A model generated the notes under the pieces. That model saw only the letters and a program-made list of their open reading frames with translations. It searched no databases and was not told the DNA's origin. From positions 5,696,001 to 5,760,000 of the forward strand of contig OZ252299.1 in assembly GCA_965250285.1 (NCBI GenBank): a DNA stretch of 64,000 nt, written 5' to 3'. Source of the DNA: Myxococcota bacterium. GTDB lineage: Bacteria; Myxococcota_A; UBA9160; UBA4427. Both the position numbers and the translations under genes were made by a program. Shown here piece by piece: positions 1 through 10,380 of the stretch; position 1 is the first letter of the stretch; each line of letters starts with the position of its first letter.

Positions 1-594
<594 letters not shown>

Positions 595-702
595 GGGATG
601 CTCCTCGTGGACGCCCCGGCTCGGCGGAGCGCGTCGTTCGTTGGGGATGGGTGGGGGCCGTTCGAAGTGGGTGGCGTCGAGGCCTCCGCGTACGCCGAGA
701 CC

Positions 703-753
703 TTTATCCGTTTATGCGGATAAACGAATACAAAGGATGAGCGGCGAGGTCAA
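703..753 (-). promoter_or_regulatory. Putative sigma70 promoter and palindromic operator upstream of ahcY
   Basis: Minus strand TTGACC-N17-TATTCG (753-725), immediately followed by the perfect inverted repeat TTTATCCG-N6-CGGATAAA (703-724). Confidence 0.6.
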
Positions 754-863
754 CCCCTGGACGGCATTCCGCCCCCCGTATCCCCTTGGGGGGGGGTAGG
801 GAGAGGGCATCGGAGGGATTCTCGGGATCCGGGCCCGGCCGCAGGCCCGGGCGCGGAGCGCGC

Positions 864-1583
864 TCAGATCAGCAGCCAGACGAGCAGCGCGCCGAAGACC
901 GCGACGATGGCACCGGCGCCGATGGTGATGCGTCGCGCAAGCGTGTGCAGCGCGTCGGCGGTCTCTTCCTGGTTCGCCCGCATCACCGCGAGCTGGGCTC
1001 GCACCTCTTCGAGCCCCATCTGCTCCTCGAGCTCCCAGAGCCGAGTCAGATTGTGCTCGAACTCCTCGAGCCGTTCGTGCAGCGCTTTCTGCTCGCGCTC
1101 GAAGCGGCGCGTGAGGTGGTCGATGCGCTCGATGGCCGGCTTCAGCAGGTCTTTGGGGATCTCGACGCTCGGCGGCGGCGGCGCCGGCTCGGCCTGCGGA
1201 CGCACCATCGAGAGTCGCTTCCAGAACGGGCGGCGCTTGCCCTCCTCGACCGGGGCGGCCGGGTCGGGGCGCACGGCCGGTGTGGCGAGCGGCGCCGCCT
1301 TCGGCCGGGCTTCGTTCACGTCTTGCGGCGGCGACGGATCCGTGGCCCACTCCTCGCTCGCCGCCTCGACGATGGGGTCGAGTCGGCGACGCTCGGGGTT
1401 CGAGGTCGGCGCCTCGCTTCGTGGGTCGGCTGAGGGTTCGGTCCCGGTGTTGGATGCATCGGCCTTCGCGTCATCGGCGGCTTCGGGCCGGGGGCGCGCG
1501 TACCGGGACAGAGCCGGTACGGGCAGCGCCTCCGAGGGCTCCGAAACCTCGAATCGTGAAGCGTTGTCAGTGGGTTGCGCCAA
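864..1583 (-). CDS. Hypothetical tail-anchored membrane protein (Pro-rich N-terminus, coiled coil, C-terminal TM)
   Basis: 3' part of ORF 864..2843. TTG start with AGGAG RBS; E/R/L heptad region; ends ITIGAGAIVAVFGALLVWLLI. Confidence 0.7.
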   Translation of the reverse strand: MAQPTDNASRFEVSEPSEALPVPALSRYARPRPEAADDAKADASNTGTEPSADPRSEAPTSNPERRRLDPIVEAASEEWATDPSPPQDVNEARPKAAPLATPAVRPDPAAPVEEGKRRPFWKRLSMVRPQAEPAPPPPSVEIPKDLLKPAIERIDHLTRRFEREQKALHERLEEFEHNLTRLWELEEQMGLEEVRAQLAVMRANQEETADALHTLARRITIGAGAIVAVFGALLVWLLI

Positions 1584-1676
1584 CGGGGGGCTCCTGGGCT
1601 GCGTCGAGGCTAGCCCGAATGATTCGACCGCGCCCCGCCGCGAACCGCTGGCCTTTGCGGCCTTTCGACGAACCAC

Positions 1677-2426
1677 ATGGAGATGAACATGGAGAGACGG
1701 CTCGCCCTCGAGGGCTGCTTCAACTTTCGTGATCTGGGGGGCTATCCCACCGCTGACGGGCAGAGGATCGCCTGGCGTCGACTGTTTCGCAGCGACGGCC
1801 TGCACGCCCTCACGCCCGGCGATGTCGAGCTGTTGCTCGGAGACGCGGTCGGGCTGTCGGACGTGATCGACCTGCGCTCGACCGCCGAGCTCGAGAGCGA
1901 GGGGCGGGGGCCGCTCGAGGCCACCCCGACCTCGTTCCACCACACGCCGCTCTTCGACGGCGCCGCGAGCGCGGGAAGGAGCATGGCGGCCGACATGAGT
2001 CTCGCCGAGCGCTACTTCGGATTGCTCGAGATCGCGATGGATCCGATCGCACGCATCGTCGGTGTGGTCGCCGATGCCGAGGGCGCGTCGGTCTATCACT
2101 GTGCGGCGGGCAAGGATCGCACTGGCGTGATCTCGGCCGTGCTGCTCGGTCTGCTCGGCGTCGCCGACGAGGTGGTCGTCGCCGACTATGCGCTCACGCG
2201 CGAGAACCTCGATGCGATCCTCGACCGGTTGAGCTCGCTCGAGGGCTACAAGGACATGCTCGACACGCTGCCGCCCGACACCCACCACGCCCACCCCGAG
2301 ACGATGGCCGAGCTGATCGAGCGTGTGGGCGATCGTTGGGGCGGGTTCGAGGGCTACGTGCGCGAGGCGGGCGTCGATGCGACGACACTCGAGAAGCTGC
2401 GCGCCCGGGTGCTCGAAGCGGCCTGA
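1677..2426 (+). CDS. Tyrosine-protein phosphatase (Y_phosphatase3/PtpB-like)
   Basis: NFRDLGGY, LFRSD, IDLRS and P-loop HCAAGKDRTG motifs. Confidence 0.93.
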   Translation: MEMNMERRLALEGCFNFRDLGGYPTADGQRIAWRRLFRSDGLHALTPGDVELLLGDAVGLSDVIDLRSTAELESEGRGPLEATPTSFHHTPLFDGAASAGRSMAADMSLAERYFGLLEIAMDPIARIVGVVADAEGASVYHCAAGKDRTGVISAVLLGLLGVADEVVVADYALTRENLDAILDRLSSLEGYKDMLDTLPPDTHHAHPETMAELIERVGDRWGGFEGYVREAGVDATTLEKLRARVLEAA

Positions 2427-2550
2427 GCGTCGATCCGGTCGGTCGTTCCGCCCCGATTCACCGTGCTCGCTGCGGGTGATCGCGGCGGTGAACCGACTAT
2501 GATTGACGCCCTTTTGCAGACCTCCACATTTCGAAACGAAGGACCCCCAC

Positions 2551-3321
2551 ATGGAAATCGAAGGCGCATCGGCCGTCGTCACCGGCGGTGCATCGGGCAT
2601 CGGCGAAGCCAGCGCGCGACGCCTCTCGGTGCTGGGCGCAAAGCCCGTCATCGCAGACCTCAACGAAGAGAAGGGCAAGGCGATCGCCGACGAGCTCGGC
2701 GGCACGTTCGTGAAGTGCGACGTGACGCAGACCGACCAGAACCAGGCGGCCGTCGACGCGGCCCTCGAGCTGGGTCCGCTGCGCGCCGTGGTGAACGCGG
2801 CGGGCATCGGCAACGCGAACCGCACGGTGAACCGCGAAGGCAACCCCTTCCCCCTCGATCAGTATGAGTTCGTGATCAAGGTCAACCTGATCGGCACCTT
2901 CGACATGACGCGCCTCGCCGCTGCGGCGATGTCGAAGCAGGAGCCGGTCGACGCCGACGGGCAGCGCGGCGCCATCGTCAACATCGCAAGCGTCGCGGCG
3001 TTCGACGGCCAGATCGGCCAGGCCGCCTACTCGTCGTCGAAGGGCGGCGTGGTCGGCATGACGCTGCCGGTCGCACGCGACCTCTCGGCGCTCGGGATCC
3101 GCCTCAACTGCATCGCCCCCGGTCTGATCGACACCCCGATCTACGGCTCGGGCGAGGGCAGCGACGCGTTCAAGGCGAACCTCGGCCGCAACGTGCTCTT
3201 CCCCAAGCGGCTGGGCGTGTCGACCGAGCTGGCTTCGATGGTCGGCGAGCTGATCGTCAACGATTACATGAACGCCGAGGTCATCCGCGTAGATGGCGGC
3301 ATTCGGATGCCCCCGAAGTAG
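2551..3321 (+). CDS. SDR oxidoreductase, 3-hydroxyacyl-CoA dehydrogenase type II-like
   Basis: TGGASGIG, ASVAAFDGQIGQAAYSSSKGG, IRVDGGIRM. Confidence 0.93.
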   Translation: MEIEGASAVVTGGASGIGEASARRLSVLGAKPVIADLNEEKGKAIADELGGTFVKCDVTQTDQNQAAVDAALELGPLRAVVNAAGIGNANRTVNREGNPFPLDQYEFVIKVNLIGTFDMTRLAAAAMSKQEPVDADGQRGAIVNIASVAAFDGQIGQAAYSSSKGGVVGMTLPVARDLSALGIRLNCIAPGLIDTPIYGSGEGSDAFKANLGRNVLFPKRLGVSTELASMVGELIVNDYMNAEVIRVDGGIRMPPK

Positions 3322-3445
3322 AGATCCAAGCCGTTGGAGCAGACAGCGCTTTGCGCTGCAGCTCAACGGCTTGGCGGCCGCAAGCGGAGCTTGCGGCCTT
3401 CGCGTTCTTGCGAGGGGTGCCTTTTGGGGATGGGAGTGAGTTGGG

Positions 3446-4198
3446 ATGGCAGATGAAGTCTTGATCGAGGATCGGGGGCGGGTTCGGGTGATCACGCTCA
3501 ACCGGCCCGAGGCGAAGAACTCGGTGAACAATGCGCTGGGTGAGGCGCTCGTCGCCGCGATCGAAGAGCTCGACTCGAACGAGGGGTTGACCGCGGGTGT
3601 GCTCACCGGTGCGGGGGGTGGCTTCAGCGCGGGGATGGATCTCAAGGCGTTCGCGAAGGAGGGGCCGCCGGCCTCGTTCGGCAAGTTTCTTCGCGCGGGG
3701 GCTCAGAAGCCGCTGATCGCGGCGGTCGAGGGCTTCGCGCTCGCTGGGGGGCTCGAGATCGCTCTGAGTTGTGACCTGATCGTGGCCGCGAAGGGTGTGA
3801 AGCTCGGCATTCCCGAGGTGAACAAGGGGCTCTTTGCGGCGGGCGGCGGGCTGTTCCGTCTGCCGGCCCGCGTCGGTTACGGCAAGGCGATGGAGATGGC
3901 ACTGACGTCGGATCCGATCCTCGCCGAAGAGGCGGCCGAGATCGGGCTCGTCGCACGGCTCGCCGAGCAGGGCGAGGCGGCGAACGTCGCGATCGAGCTG
4001 GCCGAGCGGATCGCCAAGAACGCGCCGTTGGCCGTTGCGGCGAGCAAGCAGGTGATCCGCGATACGCAGGGGCTCACCGAAGACGAAGCATGGAAGATGC
4101 AGGGACCGCTCCAGGGCAAGGTCTTCACCAGCGAAGACGCGAAGGAAGGCCCCCGCGCCTTCGCCGAGAAGCGCGAGCCGAACTGGTCGGGCCGCTAG
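3446..4198 (+). CDS. Enoyl-CoA hydratase/crotonase family protein
   Basis: ITLNRPEAKN, FSAGMDLK, ALAGGLEIALSCD, PEV, EGPRAFAEKR. Confidence 0.93.
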   Translation: MADEVLIEDRGRVRVITLNRPEAKNSVNNALGEALVAAIEELDSNEGLTAGVLTGAGGGFSAGMDLKAFAKEGPPASFGKFLRAGAQKPLIAAVEGFALAGGLEIALSCDLIVAAKGVKLGIPEVNKGLFAAGGGLFRLPARVGYGKAMEMALTSDPILAEEAAEIGLVARLAEQGEAANVAIELAERIAKNAPLAVAASKQVIRDTQGLTEDEAWKMQGPLQGKVFTSEDAKEGPRAFAEKREPNWSGR

Positions 4199-4324
4199 GC
4201 TCGAGAGCGATTCATCCCGCGCCCGGGGCGACGGCCCCGCGGCGCCGGCTTGTCATGGTCCGCTTGTCGGCTTTCCGCGGCGCGGGCGGATCGCCGTCTG
4301 CGTGTCTGCTTCGCGCGGCGAGCC

Positions 4325-5272
4325 TCAGGCGTCGGGCAACACCGACCCGAGCTCGTCGGGGCCGAACTCGTAGGCGCGGCCGCAGAACTCGCACTTCACC
4401 TCCTGTGTGACGCCGTCGCGCACCATCTCACGAAGCTCTTCGCGACCGAGCAGCTGCAGGGAGCGGTGCGCGCGCTTGCGCGTGCAGGGGCAGTAGAAGA
4501 TCGGCGCCTCCTGGTGCCGCTCGCGGCCGCCGACCCCGTCGAGCAGCAGGTCGAGCAGGTCGTGGGCCTCGATCCCGGCCTGGACGAGGCGCGAGAGCGG
4601 CGGCACGTTGCGCACGTTCCGCTCGATGAGCGCGACCTCCTCGGGGTCGGCGTCGGGCAGCTGCTGCACCAGGAACCCGGCGCTCGAGACGACGTGCGCA
4701 CCCGCCCCGATGAAGACGCCCAGGCCCATGGCAGACGGCGTCTGTTCGCTCTCGGCGAGGTAGAGCGTGAGGTCGCCCGCGATCTCGCCCGACGTGAGCG
4801 GCACGGTGCCCGAGTAGGGCTGACCGACCCCGGGGCGATGCCGGATCACCGAGATCGAGCCGAGCCCGATCGCACGGGCCACATCGGGCTGGCCATTGCC
4901 GAGCCGGAGATCGGACGCCGGATTGCTGACGGTGCCGCGCACGCGTCCCTGAGCATCCGAGATCGCCACGATCTGCCCGAGCTCGCCTTGCCCGCGGATC
5001 TGTACCTGCACCTGCTCGTCTTGTCGCAAGTCGTCGGCGTCGATGCGTTCGTCTTCCCCCGGCGACACCGCCAGCAGCACCGTGCCCATCAGGGCGCGGC
5101 CGAGCGCGTCGGCGGCGGTGCCGGCCATCGGGCGCCGATCGAGGGCCGCCTCGAGCAGCGGCCCGCCGAGGAGCGCGCGCACGGCGACGCCTCCTCCGGC
5201 AGACAGGGTCCGGACGAGCACACCGGGCCGGGCATCGGTCGGCGCGTCGAAGGTCGGGTCGGTTTCGGTCAA
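4325..5272 (-). CDS. hslO: Hsp33 redox-regulated chaperone
   Basis: ALGRAL, GEIAGDLTLYLAESEQTPSA, C-terminal CPC...CEFC zinc centre. Start (TTG) approximate. Confidence 0.92.
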   Translation of the reverse strand: MTETDPTFDAPTDARPGVLVRTLSAGGGVAVRALLGGPLLEAALDRRPMAGTAADALGRALMGTVLLAVSPGEDERIDADDLRQDEQVQVQIRGQGELGQIVAISDAQGRVRGTVSNPASDLRLGNGQPDVARAIGLGSISVIRHRPGVGQPYSGTVPLTSGEIAGDLTLYLAESEQTPSAMGLGVFIGAGAHVVSSAGFLVQQLPDADPEEVALIERNVRNVPPLSRLVQAGIEAHDLLDLLLDGVGGRERHQEAPIFYCPCTRKRAHRSLQLLGREELREMVRDGVTQEVKCEFCGRAYEFGPDELGSVLPDA

Positions 5273-5473
5273 GGTCGGGCCAGAGGGTCGGGGTGGGTCG
5301 GGATCGGACGCACGCGCGGGTCGCCCGCGTGTCGAGCGGGCAGGAGCATAGCGGGCCGCGCGTTTCGCCCCTTGTTCGGCTCGCCCCGAAGGCGCAGGAT
5401 CGGGTGGTGGCGCGCGTCGAGGCGTGCCGGGGCGTCTCTTCCGGGGCGGCGCCCCGCACAGGGGGAGACGAAC

Positions 5474-6847
5474 ATGGAGCCTGCGCGGCTCGTCTTCTGC
5501 GGCGATCTCCACCTCGGCAAGCGGCCGAGCGCGCTGCCCGCTGCGCTCGGCGATCACGGACTGTCACCGCGTGACCTCGGCCCCGCCGCCGTCTGGCGTG
5601 CCACGGTCGAGCACGCGCTCGAAGAACGCGCCCACGCCGTCGTGCTCGCCGGGGATGTCGTCGACCGACCCGATGACCGCTTCGAAGCGGGTCGCGTGCT
5701 CGAATCGGGCATCGCGCGTCTGGTCGAAGCCGGGATCCCGGTGCTCGCGGTCGTCGGCAACCATGACGTCGATGCGCTGCCGCGGGTCGCGAACGCCATC
5801 CCCGACTTTCGCCTCATCGGTCGAGGCGGGCAGTGGGAGTCGGTCACGATCGAGCGCGCGGGGGTCGTGCCCTGCCGGCTCGTCGGCTGGTCGTTCCCGA
5901 GCGCCATCGTCGATCGCAGCCCGCTCGCCTCGTTCGACGCGGGATCAGCGGCGCGCGACGTCGCTTCGATCGGCGTCCTGCACTGCGACCTCGACGCGGC
6001 CGGCAGTCCGTATGCGCCCGTGCGTCGCAGCGAGCTGATCGACGCCGGGCTCGATGCCTGGATGCTCGGTCACGTGCACAAGCCGGCCGCGCTCGATAGG
6101 GAGCCGCTCGGCTATCTCGGTTCGATGGTCGGGCTCGACGCGGGTGAGCCCGGTGTACGCGGCCCCTGGCTCGTCGAAGTCGAGGGGCCCGGGCGCGTGC
6201 GCGCGCGCCACGTGCCGCTCGCGCCGGTGCGCTACGAGACGATCGACTGCTCGCTCGACGGTCTGCTCGAGGGCGACCGCGCCGACGTCGAAGACGAGTT
6301 CGCCGCGCGGATCGACGCATCGCTCGCCGCGCTCCACCAGCAGCTCGACCGGGGGGCGATGCTCGGTCGCGGCCGAGCGCGGGTCGTCGTCGCTCGGGTC
6401 CGCGTGCGGGGCAAGGAGCGCCATCGCGCTGCCGTTCGGCGCATGCTCTTCGACCCGCGCTTCGAGGGGCCCCGGCCGATCGAACAGACACTCTTCGTCG
6501 TCGAGAAGATCGTCGAGCCGGTCGTGCCCGACCTCGATCTCGACGCGCTCGCCGAGCGCGCCGACGCGCCGGGTCTGCTCGCGCGTCGGCTCGTGCAGCT
6601 GCGTGACGGCGACGCGGCGATCCGCCCCGTCGTCGAGCGAGCGCGAATCGCGTTCGAGGTCGTCGCGAACGAGTCGCGCTTCCAACCGCTCGAGCCGCCG
6701 CCCTGGCACCGTGACGCGCCGGCGAGCGCAGCGGGGGTCGAGGGAGAGCGCGTCGAGGCGATCCTGCTGCGCGCCGGGACGCGCGAGCTCGAAGGGCTGC
6801 TCGGCCAGGAGGCCACGCGCGACGCGTCGCCGGAGGCTGCACCGTGA
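5474..6847 (+). CDS. Mre11/SbcD-like metallophosphoesterase (YhaO type)
   Basis: GDLHLG, AGDVVD, GNHD, LHCD, LGHVH motifs. ATG at 5474 after GGAG. Confidence 0.9.
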   Translation: MEPARLVFCGDLHLGKRPSALPAALGDHGLSPRDLGPAAVWRATVEHALEERAHAVVLAGDVVDRPDDRFEAGRVLESGIARLVEAGIPVLAVVGNHDVDALPRVANAIPDFRLIGRGGQWESVTIERAGVVPCRLVGWSFPSAIVDRSPLASFDAGSAARDVASIGVLHCDLDAAGSPYAPVRRSELIDAGLDAWMLGHVHKPAALDREPLGYLGSMVGLDAGEPGVRGPWLVEVEGPGRVRARHVPLAPVRYETIDCSLDGLLEGDRADVEDEFAARIDASLAALHQQLDRGAMLGRGRARVVVARVRVRGKERHRAAVRRMLFDPRFEGPRPIEQTLFVVEKIVEPVVPDLDLDALAERADAPGLLARRLVQLRDGDAAIRPVVERARIAFEVVANESRFQPLEPPPWHRDAPASAAGVEGERVEAILLRAGTRELEGLLGQEATRDASPEAAP

Positions 6848-9800
6848 AGCTCGTCTCCGTCTGGGTCCGGCGGGCGCCCGGTCTCGACAAGGGCGTCGAG
6901 GAGCGACGCTTCACGTCGGGTCTGAACGTCGTGTTCGGCCCGAACGAATCGGGCAAGAGCACGCTCGCGCGCGCGATTCAGGACACGCTCTGGCCGGCGA
7001 AGAAGCGCCCGGCCCGAATCGTCGACGTCGAGACGCGATGGGAGCACGAGGGGGCGCAGTGGACCGCGCGTCACGACGGCGTGACGACCTGGGCACGTGA
7101 GGGCGAGGTCGGGCCAGCGCCGACGATCCCGGGCGCCGAGTACCGCGCGGCCTACCGGCTGCATCTGCGCGACCTGATCGCCGGAGAGGGCGAGAGCGAC
7201 GATGTGTTCGCGCGGCGCATTCGGTCGACGCTCGATGGGGGCTTCGACCTGAGCCCGCGCGCCCAGTCGACGCCGCGTCGCAGTCGCCGGCACGGGCGCA
7301 GCGACGGCCAGGCCCTTCGAGATGCCCAGCGCCAGCGAAGCGTGCTCGAAGGCGAGCGACAGAGTCTCGCGCGATCGGTCGAAGGACTCGGCGCGCGCGA
7401 AGCCGAGCAGTCGGCCGCGGAGGCCGAGCGGAACGATGCGGCGGCGCTGGCGAACGTACAGAGCTGGCACGACGCGCGGCGCGAGTGGCGAGAAGCCGAC
7501 GAGTGGCTGCGCGCGGACGACACGCCCGAGTCGTTCGGCGGCGAGGCCTTGCGCGAGCTCGACCGGGTCGAGACGGCGATCGCGAACGAGACGCGCGCGC
7601 TCGCCGACCTCGACGCCGAGATCGATGCTGCGCAGTCACGACTCGTGTCGACCGGGCTCGAAGGGCGGGTGCCTTCGTCGGCCGAGCTCGAGGCCTGGGC
7701 CGAATCGAGTCTCCGCGCGGTCGCGCAATCGCGCGAGCTCGAGCGGCTTCGGCGCGAAGAAGAGGGGGCGGCCGCGCGGGCGCGACAGGCGGCCGCCGAT
7801 GCCGGTGTGATCGAGGTGTCGCCTCCGCTGTTCGCCCCGTCACGGGAGGAGACGGCCCAGCTGGCGCAGTGGCTCGACGGCCGCGAGCGCCTGGCGGCCG
7901 AGCAGCGTGACCTCGATGCGAGGCTGCGCAATCAGGTCGAGCAGCGGGCCCGCGCCGCGTTCGACGATCCCTTCGAGGGGGTGGAGGACGACGCGCTCGT
8001 GCAGGCGCGCGGGCTCGTCGTCGCGTACCTGCGAGCGAACGGGGCACGCGGCAGCGCATGGCTCGGTCTGGTGGCGGCGCCGGTGGCCGTGCTGCCGATG
8101 TTCTCGGCGCGCTGGCCCGAGCTGCCGCCCTGGGCCTTGCCGGTGGCGATCGGCGTGGGCGCCGTCGTCGGCGTCGGGTTGACCGATTGGATCGTTCGGC
8201 GTCACGCATTTCGTGCGCTGCGTCGCGAGCTCGCGGCGCTCGGAGTCGAGTCGGAGGTGGCCGCTGCCGCCGAGCTGCTCGATGCACTCGACGACACGGT
8301 GCGGGCACGGCGCTCGCTGGCCGAAGCCGAGTCGACGCATCGCGCACTCGTCGCCCAGGCCGATGCGCTCGGCGAACGCGCCGCGGCCCTCGAGCCGGTG
8401 CGCGCCGACCTGGTCGCGCGACTCGATCTCGCGACCGACGTCGACGATCTGACCCTCGTCGAGGCCGCGCGCCGCTTCGCCGAGTTGCGGCTGGCGCAAC
8501 AGGCCTGGGCCGAGGCGAAGGGCGAACGCGAGGCGACCGAGACCGAGCGCGACGAAGGGGTCATGGCGCTTCGGTCGGCGCTGGCCCCCTGGCTGCGGGG
8601 TGAAGCGCCGAGCCTCGAAGCGCAGGCCGACGAGCGCGACGCCGATGCGCTCGCCGCCGCGCTGGCCGATCTGCGTGCGCGCATCACCGATGCGAAGGCG
8701 GCCAGCGCCGCGCTCGCCGGAGCCGAGCGGCAGCGGTCCCTCGCCGTCGAGCGTCGCGCGGGCGTGCGCCGCGAGCGCGATGCGCTGATCGGTGGGCTCG
8801 GCGTCGAGTCGCTCGACGCCGTGCAGGTGCGTGCGCGCGTCGCCGCCTGGGAGGAGCGCTGGCCCGTGCGCGTGCGGCGTCAGCAGACGCGCAGCGACGC
8901 GGCGGCGCGCATGAACGGGCTCGAGGCGGCGCTCGGCGAACGGCGGGGGCTCCTCGAACTCGATCTGGAGGAGGTGCGCCGCCGACGCGAGGCCGCCGAG
9001 GCGGCGGCCGCGCGCGTCGCCGAGATCGCCCGGACCATCGGCGAGGTGCGGGGGGCGGCGCAGGCCGCCGAGCACAGCCACGATCTCGAGGCCGCGTCGG
9101 CGGCGGTCGACGCCGCGACCGAGGCGCTCGCTGCGCGGCGTCGCGAGGTGATCGATGACGTCGCCGCGCGCTTCATGCTCGAGGAGGTGAGCGCCGACAT
9201 CGACCGCGATCAGCGGCCCGAGGTGCTTCAGCGCGCCGCCGATCTCTTCGAGCGCTTCACCGGTCACCGGTATGCGCTGCATGTCGACGACGACGATGCC
9301 GGGGGCGCCCGCTTCATGGCGATCGATCACGGGTCGGGGCGCGCGAAGCCGCTCGCCGAGCTCTCCGACGGCACGCGCATGCAGCTGCTGCTCGCAGCGC
9401 GGCTGGCCTTCGTGCACGAAGGCGAGGCGCTCGTGCATCCGCCGCTGATCCTCGACGAAGCGCTCTCGTCGAGCGACGCGGAGCGCATGCGTCAGGTGAC
9501 CGATGCGCTCGCGCAGGAGGTCGAGCGCGGTCGTCAGGTCTTCTACATGACGAACGACGCGGGCGACGTCGCCATTTGGCGCGCCGCGTGCGAGCGCGCC
9601 GGGCTCCCCGCGCCGAACGTCATTCGTCTCGACGCGCCGGCGTCGGCCGAGCAGGATTCGGTCTGGCATGCGCTGCCCGAGCCGATCGAGCGCGCCCCCG
9701 TGCCCGCGCCCGGCGGCCTCAATGCATCGCAGTACGCAGCACGGCTGCGGGTGCCGCCGCCCGACGCCTGGGCGCCGATCGGCGAGATCCATCTCTTTCA

Positions 9801-10380
9801 CCTGCTGATGGACGATCTCGAGACCCTGCACCGGCTGCTCGAAGAGGCCCGGGTGGATCGACTCGGTCGCTTCGAGGCGCTCGCCCGCAGCGGCGCGATC
9901 GAAGGGCTCTTCGGCGCCGGGCTCGTCGAGCGCGTCGAGACCCGTTCGCGCATCGCCGAGCGCTTTCTCGCCGCCTGGCGGGTCGGCCGCGGCCAGCGCC
10001 TGCGGCGCGGCGACCTGCAGGGCTGCGACGTGCTGAGCGACGACTTCAAGGATCGGTTCACCTCGCTTGCCGAAGACGACGACGTGGCGGGCGACGCCAC
10101 GATCTTGATGGCGCGCATCGTCGAGAACCGCGACGAGCGCGTGAAGCGCTTTCGCAGAGACAAGCGCGACGAGTTCGAAGCCTGGCTGATCGAGCGGGGC
10201 TACCTGGTCGAAGAGTCCGTCCTCGACGACGACGCGATCGCGCATGAGGTCGTGGCGCAGGTGGGCGACGTGATCGTCGGCCCCGGTGACGACGGCGTGC
10301 AAACGCGCATCGCCGATACCCATGCGCTGGTGCGGGCCTGGCTCGACGTGATGCATCACGTCGGAGGGAGCGAAGCATGA
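6844..10380 (+). CDS. Rad50/SbcC-like coiled-coil ABC ATPase (YhaN type) with central TM hairpin and C-terminal extension
   Basis: Walker A GPNESGKST, long coiled coil, signature LSDGT, Walker B LILDE. GTGA overlap with the upstream nuclease. Confidence 0.88.
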   Translation: MKLVSVWVRRAPGLDKGVEERRFTSGLNVVFGPNESGKSTLARAIQDTLWPAKKRPARIVDVETRWEHEGAQWTARHDGVTTWAREGEVGPAPTIPGAEYRAAYRLHLRDLIAGEGESDDVFARRIRSTLDGGFDLSPRAQSTPRRSRRHGRSDGQALRDAQRQRSVLEGERQSLARSVEGLGAREAEQSAAEAERNDAAALANVQSWHDARREWREADEWLRADDTPESFGGEALRELDRVETAIANETRALADLDAEIDAAQSRLVSTGLEGRVPSSAELEAWAESSLRAVAQSRELERLRREEEGAAARARQAAADAGVIEVSPPLFAPSREETAQLAQWLDGRERLAAEQRDLDARLRNQVEQRARAAFDDPFEGVEDDALVQARGLVVAYLRANGARGSAWLGLVAAPVAVLPMFSARWPELPPWALPVAIGVGAVVGVGLTDWIVRRHAFRALRRELAALGVESEVAAAAELLDALDDTVRARRSLAEAESTHRALVAQADALGERAAALEPVRADLVARLDLATDVDDLTLVEAARRFAELRLAQQAWAEAKGEREATETERDEGVMALRSALAPWLRGEAPSLEAQADERDADALAAALADLRARITDAKAASAALAGAERQRSLAVERRAGVRRERDALIGGLGVESLDAVQVRARVAAWEERWPVRVRRQQTRSDAAARMNGLEAALGERRGLLELDLEEVRRRREAAEAAAARVAEIARTIGEVRGAAQAAEHSHDLEAASAAVDAATEALAARRREVIDDVAARFMLEEVSADIDRDQRPEVLQRAADLFERFTGHRYALHVDDDDAGGARFMAIDHGSGRAKPLAELSDGTRMQLLLAARLAFVHEGEALVHPPLILDEALSSSDAERMRQVTDALAQEVERGRQVFYMTNDAGDVAIWRAACERAGLPAPNVIRLDAPASAEQDSVWHALPEPIERAPVPAPGGLNASQYAARLRVPPPDAWAPIGEIHLFHLLMDDLETLHRLLEEARVDRLGRFEALARSGAIEGLFGAGLVERVETRSRIAERFLAAWRVGRGQRLRRGDLQGCDVLSDDFKDRFTSLAEDDDVAGDATILMARIVENRDERVKRFRRDKRDEFEAWLIERGYLVEESVLDDDAIAHEVVAQVGDVIVGPGDDGVQTRIADTHALVRAWLDVMHHVGGSEA

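Noticed and set aside
595..702. SAH riboswitch upstream of ahcY
   Set aside because: No recognisable consensus; the palindromic operator is the better explanation.
4250..5473. Long N-terminal extensions in the ORF track (SbcD-like, thyA, gcvP, FAD protein, matrixin)
   Set aside because: They overlap opposite-strand genes or intergenic DNA; downstream starts match family N-termini, several with a clear RBS.
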